A stretch of DNA of 64,000 nucleotides. Source: Octopus vulgaris. Taxonomy: Eukaryota. This document shows positions 53,255 through 64,000 of this stretch, piece by piece. The DNA is taken from contig OX597819.1 in the NCBI GenBank assembly GCA_951406725.2, positions 100,936,001 through 101,000,000 of the forward strand. Direction: 5' to 3'. Position 1 is the first letter of the stretch, and each line of letters opens with the position of its first letter. The translations under genes and the position numbers were made by a program. The notes under the pieces were generated by a model that saw nothing but the letters and a program-made list of their open reading frames with translations, ran no database searches and was not told the origin of the DNA.

Positions 53255-53750
53255 CTGCTCTATGCACAAAGGCCGAAATTACATCAACCCAAGTTCGCAA
53301 CTGGTTTTTAATTTATCAACCCCACGAGGATGAAAGGCAAGGTCGATCCCCGCGGAATTTGAACTGAGAACGTAAAGACAGACGAAATACCTATTTCTTT
53401 ACTGCCCACAAGGGGCTACACACAGAGTGGACAAACAAGAACAGACAAACGGATTAAGTCGATTATGTCGATCCCAGAGCGTAACTGGTACTTATTTAAT
53501 CGACCCCGAAAGGATGAAAGGCAAAGTCGACCTCGGCGGAATTTGAACTCAGAACGTAGCGGCAGACGAAATACCTATTTCTTTACTACCCACAAAGAAC
53601 TAAATACAGAGAGGACAAACAAGGACAGACAAACGGATTAAGACGATTATATCGACCCCAGTGCGTAACTGGTACTTATTTAATCGACCCCGAAAGGATG
53701 AAAGGCAAAGATGACCTCGGCGGAATTTGAACGTCTCTACCAGCTCGCCA
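53255..53750 (-). mobile_element. Trimeric SINE family B (184-bp period)
   Basis: GACGAAATACCTATTTCTTTACT at 53381 and 53565, with three GGATGAAAGGCAA cores. Confidence 0.88.
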
Positions 53751-54064
53751 TTTCTGTTCACGTTAGATGACTTGAAAACGCGGTTAACAAAACTCTGAGA
53801 AGCAACAAAAAAAGTACTAGTTTTTAACAGCTGTTGGCATTAGCTACATTTTGGGTAATTTTGTTTGCACGCATACATAAATATATGTATGTGCATATAT
53901 ATGTGTGTGTATGTGTGTGTGTGTACATATATCTGTGGGTGCGTTGTACATGGTGTGCGTATGTAAATGTGCATGTCGAATAACTTCGAACGTAATTTTC
54001 TCGTCTGTTATATACTTAATCTATTATAATACATTACTATAAACTATAATCTATTATGTACATT

Positions 54065-54360
54065 TCATCACGTGACTGACCATCAGATGTTGCTACACAT
54101 CGCTGGTCACAATGCGTTCGCATTGTTTTAGCCTTCGAACGACGCCACCCCGCTGGCTAAGCGAGCAGGCCAACAGACGAAAGAGTGAGAGAAAGAGTGG
54201 TGAAAGAGTACAGCAGGGATCACCACCCCCTGCTGGAGCCTCGTGGAGCTTTTAGGTGTTTTCGCTCAATAAACACACACAACGCCCGGTCTGGGAATCG
54301 AAACCGCGATCCTCCAACCGCGAGTCCGCTGCCCTAACCACTGGGCCATTGCGCCTCCAC
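54065..54360 (-). mobile_element. Full-length tRNA-derived (possibly tRNA-Arg) SINE family C with 12-bp TSD
   Basis: Minus-strand head GTGGAGGCGCAATGGCCCAGTGGTTAGGGCAGCGGACTCGCGG...GGTTTCGATTCCC. Perfect TSD ATTATGTACATT at 54053-54064 and 54361-54372. Confidence 0.92.
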
Positions 54361-54814
54361 ATTATGTACATTACTATTCTATATTATAACAAGATTCCTC
54401 ATTTATAAACCGCTGTAAAAATGTTATTGATATTATATATTTGAAATCTCAAAAACAAACAGGGTCCATCGTAATGGTTTTAATACAGATTCATTGCATC
54501 CTATTCATTCAGAATGCCTGGTTCAAAAAAGAGGATATGATCAAAATCCTGTTTCAAATATAGCACAATATAATTGATGCACTCATCTGATAAATCTCTC
54601 GTGATTTTAACTTCCATGTTGTGGATAACTTTTACAGTGAGTATATCTCAATGTAAATTGTCTGTCTCTCTGAAAAATACTGCAGGTCTCGTGACAATAT
54701 CTAATAACATCACCAACATTTCTGATTTCCAGTAGTTTCTACACACTGAAGGTGATGTGTGCAAAATTATATTTTTAACATTTTCTCGCCCTATACATAT
54801 TCAAAATAAATTTA

Positions 54815-55495
54815 TCAAGCGTGCGGTAAGAAGCTTGCTTCTCAACCACGTGATTCCAGGTTGAGTCTCACTGTGTGCCACCTTGAGCAAGTGCCTTTCA
54901 CTATAGCCTCGGGCCGACCAGTGCCTTGTGAGAGGATATGGTAGAGGGAAACTGAAAGAAGCACGTCGTATATATATAAACAAAACATACAAACACTAAG
55001 ATATGAAATAAGATGTCACTACTGTTAATATCGTCTCTGGATAAAATTTAAAATTGATGATATCAACCGTAGTAACACTTGTAGTTCGTAGGCAAATAGC
55101 ATTATTTAGCTATAAATTACAAATTTGCACGAAACGTAAAGATACACAAAAGCAGGCACCTGCTAGAAATAAGAGCTAAAACCACCGTACAACACAAAGA
55201 TAACAGAGAAATAACAGTAGGCGAGGATACTTAAAGAATTAATATATTCAAAAGCACAACTATAAAAGATATGTGTGTCTGTGTATTTGTGTCTGTCTTT
55301 GTCTGACCACCATCACTTGACAACCGATGTCGGTGTGTTTATGTCCCCGAAACTTAGAGGTTCAGCAAAAAACCCGATAGAGTAAGTACTAGACTTACAA
55401 ATAATAAGTCTTTGGATCAATTTATCCGACTAAAGGTGGTGCTCCAAGATGGCCGCTGTCAAATGACTGAAACAAGTACAAGAATACAAGAATAT
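54815..55495 (+). mobile_element. SINE family A split by ~300 bp of unrelated sequence in its central microsatellite
   Basis: 5' half at 54815-54975 and 3' half at 55270-55495. Confidence 0.75.
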
Positions 55496-55534
55496 ATATA
55501 TACATGACGAATACACACATATAAACACACATAC

Positions 55535-55641
<107 letters not shown>

Positions 55642-56010
55642 TAAAATAATCTTAAGATATATGGATTTTATAAATTACAATATTACAATTCTTAAAATAA
55701 CTTTCCCATATCTCTGTTCATATTTTATCTACTATGAATAATATATTGCATCTAAAAATAATTCATTTGTATGCATATACATGCACATATGCATGTACAT
55801 TTAAGTTTTGTTAAATGTATTTATGTATATTTATATATATATGAATGTATATGTAAAAGTATGTATATGTGTGTGTATATACATTTATAACTTAACGTTA
55901 TGTACTTTCTAAAATCTAGAAACACCCAAGTACCTCAGCCCACTGGAGGGCTAAAAGTAGAATGTGGTATTATTGCCTCTTGGCTGAAACAGCTGTAAGA
56001 TATTATCCAA

Positions 56011-56058
<48 letters not shown>

Positions 56059-56584
56059 TTTCGTACTAATATACTCATAGTTACATACGTATTAGATGTG
56101 TTTAGAAGCAGGATTAAAACAGTAGTTCGTATCGTTATAATTATATAATATTATTATAACAATAATACAGTATGTATGTATATCAAAAAAAGTATGAAAG
56201 AGCCATGTGTTCACACGATCGGTTTTTCGGAGTTTATCGCATATATCTACGCCCTCACACAGTCACCGTAGTGCGTACTTTAGAATATATGCATACTTTA
56301 ATAATCGTCTATACAGGACTATATCGTGTTTTTAACGCAGCACGTCCATAAGGGACATTATCACCTCATGAATAACACAATAAATTTGCCTTTTGCTATG
56401 TATTGAAATTTATCATCAAACATAGATATCTACATAACTATGTATGTATATATGTATGCATGTATGTTCGTCATTATTCAGTGTATTTCTTGCAAATGGA
56501 GAGAGAACCGGTTTCTAACCGAGATCCAAGCTCCTTCATTGTGTTTATGTATGTCAGTGTAAATGAATTTGTATAGGTAGAGAC

Positions 56585-57015
56585 ATGGCTGCATGCTTCC
56601 CAACCATATATTTCTGCGATCAGTTCGACTGCACGATACTTTGTGTGAGAGCCTTCAATACTGTTCTCGAGCCGACCAACGCCTTGCGAGTGGATTCGCT
56701 CGACGGAAACTGAAAGAAGTCCTTTGTATCTCTGTGTGTATGTCTCTATGTGTTTATGTGTGCGTGTGTTTGTATCTGCTTGTGTATGTGTGTATGTGTG
56801 TGTCTGTGTGTGCATGTGTTTGTGCCTGAGTCTGTGCTCTACCACTTCTTGGGAAAATGTGCTGGTTCATTTCGTTCCCGTAATTTTGAAGTACTCTAAA
56901 ACAGTTCCGGTTTTAAAAGAGAAGAACTGGAGTTGATCCAGTCGACTAAGTACTTTCTCAAGGTAGTGCCCCAAGGTGGCAGTAGTCTAATGACTGAAAC
57001 TAGTATAGAATAAAA
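56585..57015 (+). mobile_element. Degenerate SINE family A
   Basis: CGACGGAAACTGAAAGAAG...TAATGACTGAAACTAGTA. Confidence 0.7.
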
Positions 57016-58174
57016 GATAATACATATACCTGAGTCGGCGTGTCTGTGAGTGTATGTATGCATACATTCATACACATATGTAAGTATAGATATATGGATG
57101 TAATAAGAAATCATAGCCGTATCTTGAAAATGAATACGACTAGGTAGTAAGAACCATGCTACATGCACATAGCCACATCAATTCACCCGCGCAAACAATT
57201 ATGTTCGTGAGTATGTTGGTGAGCGTGACTTTACGGTTATCTACGAGTGTATTTTAATCAACACTTACAATAACAATATTCAATAGAATTAGAATAAAAT
57301 GTATGAAAATCTTCTGGAACGCGACTTCAATATATTACATGATTATCAATAACTTAATCTCCCGTCCTTCTATCTTCTGTTTCGTAAAAGTATTTAGATT
57401 ATTGCAATAAACTGCCAAATTCTGGAACGTTCACTTTCAATGTTCATTCTTCAATATTCACCATTCTTTATGTCTCGACTGGTTCTTACAAATGTGTCTA
57501 CGAAGCTATGTATATATATATTTCTATATGTATATCAGTCCAAGACGTATGCATTCATGTCAGAGTGCGTAAGTATGAATGACTGAAGTTAGAAACAGAG
57601 ATAGATAGATAGATAAAAGAGAGAGATGAGAGAGAGAGAGACACTAAGAGAAAGAAAAGCAATATGTACCAATGTATGTATGCATGTATGTAAATCTTAG
57701 ATCTATAAGTCGTAAATATTTAAGTCTGTTGGTCTATATATTCAAAACTGTCTAGGTTATTATTTTCTGGTTGTGTGATTGTACTTCTGCCTGTCGTATA
57801 CGAGAATGTATGCATGTATATATATATATATATATATATATATTAGCATGTGTATATGTACGTATGTATATATATATACACAAACATATATGTACATACA
57901 AACACTCACACATGCGTATGCATATATACGCATGTATATGTACATATGCATATTGTCTAAGATCCTGTATGCGGTTTTTTTGGGTCGGGGTGTGTTCGTG
58001 GGGAAATATGTATGTGCATACGCTAGCGTTTTTGTATTTTGTGACCATGTCTGTGTTTGCATGGGCAAATTCATTGTATTTGTAATTGTATATAAGTGTA
58101 GCTTCTATACCTATGTAATACATATACGTGTACATTTCTATGTACGCACTGTTGCATCACTCTATCTATCACTT

Positions 58175-58206
<32 letters not shown>

Positions 58207-58433
58207 CGCGTGTATGTGTGCGTGTGTGGTGTGTATATTTATATATACATATAATATATACGTATACATGCATATATGTGCATCTATATATAAATATAAA
58301 TCCATATATATGTATACATATATACATGCATATATATATGCATATATATATACATATATACATACATATATATGCATATATATACATATATCATACATAC
58401 ATATATACATACATATATATATATGTATATATA

Positions 58434-58514
<81 letters not shown>

Positions 58515-59901
58515 TATATATATATGGTCTAGGTCTCCAGTTATTTAATGCTATGTAATTTCGCTTGTTTATGCACATTCTGTGCAATGAACGGAGATCA
58601 TTTTTAATCTTATTTATATTCAAGACATGTTTTATAGAGATAGATCAGTATATATTTATATTAATTTAAACAAAAAAATACATTGCATATAAACACAGGG
58701 GCATATATATGTGCGTGTAGGTGCTCGCGTGCACACGCAGGCACACACATATATATACGTATATATATATATATATACCTCTCTCTCTATCTCTCTCTGT
58801 CTGTGTCTGTCTGTCTGCCTGTCTCTCTCTATATATATATATGTATACATATATAAATATATATATATACATTCCTTCACCCCAGATGACACATTATGAT
58901 CTATCTCTATATGCGTATATAGATATACCTATATATCTAGTTATCTTTCAGTCTATCTACACATATGTGTGCGTGTGTGTGTGTGCGTGTGTATGCGCGT
59001 GTGAGCGTGGGCTCGCGTGCGCACGCACGTGCGCATATTGAGAGCCCATGCGTGTGTTTGTTTATATAAAATATAATAATTCTCCCCTGGAAATAAAGTC
59101 ACGTTTCGGGGCTCCATGGTGTCTCATAGTCCCTGGAAGTGAATAACTTTCTACAATAAACTAAGGTACGCACCCTTCCAAAATAGCAAAATCACAAATC
59201 ACTAGTTATCTTTCACTTTCACTATTACAGATACCGACATTTTACATCTTTCATACCCGTCTCATTAATTCATTCACTATAGAAAATAAATCTTTTAGCA
59301 GAAGAATTATTCAGCTACTTCCATTTTATTAACGTTTCTTATCGTGCAACAATAATTCCGACGGTTCAGAAAATATAAATGTATTCCACAAGAATCACTT
59401 GTGTATTTCTTCTAAATATTCTCAGCATCCATCTTGCTAGTCATCTGCGCACATCGTAGTAAAACGTAACTGGAATGATGCGTCATTAGTCTTTATACTT
59501 GATAGATCACGCATACATTCTGAATCAGACAGCATTGCAATATCTCGTGGCTGTATGTATACCAGAGCTGCAATATATCTTGGATTAAAGAGCAGCGTGG
59601 TTAAACCATTGACTATATTGTTTAGCGTCTTCTATACAATGTCCACTTATTCTTCCTTTATATATTTATATATTTGTCATTACATATTTTCTTCTGTTAG
59701 TTTCAACTCATCATATTAGATATTACTATTTGTGTTTTAACAATACTGGCTAAGATTGATAAAACTACGTGATATATAACAGCGCCAGTTCCCAACGTTT
59801 TTGCCAGCGACACAGTAACGTGTCTTCTGCTATACTCTCGAAGTGACTAAAGCCTTGTGAATGGATCTGGTAGGGAGACAGAAGCTTAGAGAAGCCCGTC
59901 G

Positions 59902-59950
<49 letters not shown>

Positions 59951-59965
59951 ACATATATATATATA

Positions 59966-60186
59966 TACTCTTTTACTCTTTTACTTGTTTCAGTCATTTG
60001 ACTGCGGCCATGCTGGAGCACCGCCTTTAATCGAGCAACTCGTCCCCGGGACTTATTCTTTTTGTAAGCCCAGTACTTATTCTATCGGACTCTTTTGCCG
60101 AACAGCTAAGTGACGAGGACGTAAACACACCAGCATCGGTTATCAAGCAATGCTAGGGGGACAAACACAGACACACAAACACACAC

Positions 60187-60241
<55 letters not shown>

Positions 60242-60405
60242 TACAACAGGCTTCTTTCAGTTTCCGTCTACCAAATCCACTCACAAGGCATTGGTCGGCT
60301 CGGGGCTATAGCAGAAGACACTTGCCCAAGGTGCCACGCAGTGGGACTGAACCCGGAACCATGTGGTTGGTTAGCAAGCTACTTACCACACAGCCACTCC
60401 TGCGC
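59966..60405 (-). mobile_element. Full-length SINE family A
   Basis: Reverse complement of 35151-35540. Uninterrupted site GGTTGGTTAGCAAGCTACTTACCACACAGCCACTCCTGCGC. Confidence 0.92.
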
Positions 60406-60510
<105 letters not shown>

Positions 60511-60738
60511 TGTGTGTGTGTGTGTATAAATGAAACGACATGTGAATCGTTGACGATTTTTTTTTTGGCTTTTCCTCCATCTTGCTTTACTATTGGACCT
60601 TGCTCTATCTCTGAAAAAGACCATTGCTCTAAACGTTAAACCACCTTTCTTTCCTTCCCTGAGCGTCTGCTAATACTTTGCATGTACCACGTCCTCATGT
60701 TGTAATTTTTGTGTGTTTCTTCTGAAAGAAGCCCGATG

Positions 60739-60815
<77 letters not shown>

Positions 60816-61223
60816 TTCATTTACAAACCTGCAAAGACATCACAAAAACTGCTACTCAGAGTTTCACATTCCTGTTCATTGGGAACATATATATATAATG
60901 AAAAACCTCAATTAAACAATTCAATAATCGAAGATGTTATTCACACCATATAGAAAACATTTATTATAAAAACCTTATTCTAAAAATCAATAATGTACGA
61001 TAAATTACTACTACTACTAACTATTACTACTACTACTATTTAATATTTATTGTACTTTATTGATCTTTAGAATAACATTTTTATAGTATATGTTTACTAT
61101 ATTGAATTATTTAATAGACGTTCTTTTCTAAATTATATACATATATTATATATTGTGAAATTTGATTTAAAATTGTTCAATTGAATTTTTCCCTGTAAAG
61201 TTTGGAATTATATTCCCTACTAT

Positions 61224-61269
<46 letters not shown>

Positions 61270-61273
<4 letters not shown>

Positions 61274-61472
61274 ATCCAAACAAGAAAACACAAAAAAACA
61301 CAGCAACGCGAGGACGTGGAACAAATAAAGTATTATTGGACGCTCAGGAAAGAAGGGAAGGAGGGTTTAACGTTTCGAGCGGAGCTCTACGTCGGAAACA
61401 AAGGAGAAGGAAAGATCCCGAGAAGGGAAGACAGAGGGAAAAAAATTGCTGGCGGTGCTCACGAGGTCACAT
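61270..61472 (-). mobile_element. Penelope-like terminal-repeat remnant with hammerhead-like motif
   Basis: The minus strand reads GTTT-CCGACGT-A-GAGC-TCC-GCTC-GAAAC-GTT-AAAC (61364-61399). A related degenerate copy lies on + at 60560-60710. Confidence 0.55.
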
Positions 61473-61806
61473 TCACCCCATTACACACACACACAATTTT
61501 ATGGAAGAATGTATTCTAGGAGCCACTAAACGGAGAACAGGAGGAAATCGGAAATTGTCTTCAGACAACTTTTCCTTCGTCGAAAAAGATAACGAGGAAT
61601 TAAAAAAAAAACTTATATATTATACACATTAACTCATCATGTAAACATTATATGGTTACGTAAACATATCGTTTTCTCAGCCATTTTTGAGCAGTTGACA
61701 AAATGACGAAATAGTTTGTTTAAATAGTCATGCAATATGCTTTACTAGTGACACAAATAATTCTAGAAAAATATACTTAACATAACACGAACATCTCCAT
61801 TGTATT

Positions 61807-61872
<66 letters not shown>

Positions 61873-62012
61873 AAGACAAGAAATTACTATTTCCAATGCA
61901 GTATAGCCGTGAAAACAGCAGAAAGATTGAATATTTTACCCTTATAAACGGAAAAAATTTGAGTTCGAAACACTCGACTCTCCGAAATAAAAGTTTGCTT
62001 GCAAAATGTTGT

Positions 62013-62054
<42 letters not shown>

Positions 62055-62055
62055 T

Positions 62056-62134
<79 letters not shown>

Positions 62135-63641
62135 TGTATGCATGCGTACGTAAATACAAACATACACACATACTTATATGCATGCATTCAAACGTGCGTA
62201 CATACATAGATGCATACATCCATACATACATGTATGCATAGATATAAAGCGGTTTCTCTGTCATTGTATTGTATCCAGTTATAGAGTGACGGTTCGGCTC
62301 CGAAGTCTGATTTATATATCTCTAATTAATTCCTGTGACTACCGATAACAGTGAGGAATAATTAAAACAAATTAATCGAAATGGAACTATGAACATTTTG
62401 AGATATGTGTTAAGTAGGACGGAGAAACAAGAGTATACAGCCGTTATATGATATGGGTATAAGAAAGAACTGGAGAAAAGAAAAATTAAGCCCGTAACTG
62501 GGTAATTAACTATTTAGTAAAAAACTAATGATGATTATATTGCTAAAGGAACGAAAAGCGAAAGTTCATTTCATTTGTACAAGGTGAAAGAGACTGGGTA
62601 AATCTCTGATATTATAGAGATAATTCAAAATGTATTACAAGAGATGTAAACAATGTAAAGAATAAACAGAATTCAGAGAAACAAAAGAATTAATAAATAT
62701 ATGCACGAAATATAGAAAAAGTCGTATAAATGAGCGAACAATGATCATGTGTGTGTGCGTTTGTATGTATACATGTATGCTTGTATGTGTGTACGTTTAC
62801 ACACACACACACATACATATATATATGTATATATATATATGTGTGTGTAGATAGATATAGATAGATAGATAGATATATAAGTACATACATACATACATAC
62901 ATACATGTATGCACGTATTGGAAAGAGAAACAGACAATATTGACAATGAATCGAAATTTCACAGTATATTATTTCAATTAAGTTTCGCATTAATTGTAAA
63001 AACCGCTTATCACTTGACATCATAAGCGCCATGTCTTCTCTCCTTTTTTCCTAATTATGAACAAAATGTCTACTTCCTATATCGTACAATTCCACGGAAA
63101 TTTAGAAGTATTTAACTTTATATAATAACATTTATCAACAACGTTCGTTTTATCGTTGGTATTTCCTTTATGACTAGTTTTTATTAAGATCTATTTTATT
63201 GCAAAGCTAAACACTTTGATCATTGATAAACTGTGACGATGACGGTAATGATGATGATGATGATGATGATGAGGATGATGATGATGATGATTATGATAGC
63301 CGTAATGATGATGATGATTGTGATGATAATAAGGGTGATTCAGCCAATAATATTGACGTATGCTTTTGAGCAATATTTGTATCTGTTATCTAGATTAGTG
63401 TAATCTGTGTGTAAGAATGTGTGCGTGTGTGTTTGGGGATACGTGAGTGTGTGTATTGGGTGGGGATGTTATGTATGTGTTTATCAGAGTGAGTGTAGAT
63501 GTACAACTTTAAAGTGATAAATAAGAATGGTATGTAGGCTAAGAAATGCGAGTGCGTGTATGAGTGTGAGAGTGTAAGTGCGTATATATAGGTACACTCG
63601 CATATACACATACGTATCCGTATATATATATATATATGAAC

Positions 63642-63673
<32 letters not shown>

Positions 63674-63714
63674 ATTTATGTATCTCTATCTCTTTCTCTC
63701 TCTCCCTCTCTATA

Positions 63715-63790
<76 letters not shown>

Positions 63791-64000
63791 GTATGTATAT
63801 ATATACACACATATACATGGATACATATATGTATATGTGTGCGTGTGTGTGTGTATTGATTTCTGTGTGTTTGCGAGTGTGTATTTCACTAAATACACGA
63901 ATATGTTCAAGTTTGATTTCATCTTTTTTACGTTACTTTTTTGATGTTACTTTTTACTTTTGTTTAACTGCTTGTTTAGGACAATAAAATACCTAAGTTC

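Noticed and set aside
53255-53750. CRISPR-like regularly spaced repeats
   Set aside because: The whole 184-bp unit repeats with no unique spacers, and the context is a eukaryotic SINE multimer.

Overview
This is AT-rich eukaryotic DNA saturated with microsatellites ((TA)n, (CA)n, (TATC)n, (TAA)n, (GAA)n, (GAT)n, (AG)n). The repeat content is most consistent with an intron or intergenic region of a coleoid cephalopod (Octopus-like; inferred, not proven). No intact host gene can be supported, and almost all short ORFs in the track are microsatellite translations. Recognisable content: at least three tRNA-derived SINE families in many copies, two decayed CR1-type LINEs, stacked 3' fragments of an R4/Dong-like (RLE) LINE, two Penelope-like RT fragments plus several terminal-repeat remnants with hammerhead-like motifs, two mariner relics, a hAT-like MITE and a Helitron-like end. 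The most notable object is a 2.2-kb L1/Tx1-type element (14574-16802). It encodes only an ORF1 (CCHC zinc knuckle, no endonuclease or RT) and is inserted with a 15-bp target-site duplication into the tRNA-derived head of a SINE. It sits in tandem behind the 3' end of a related copy that ends at the same target site. This suggests a SINE-targeting, ORF1-only non-autonomous retrotransposon. Coordinates of decayed repeats are approximate.
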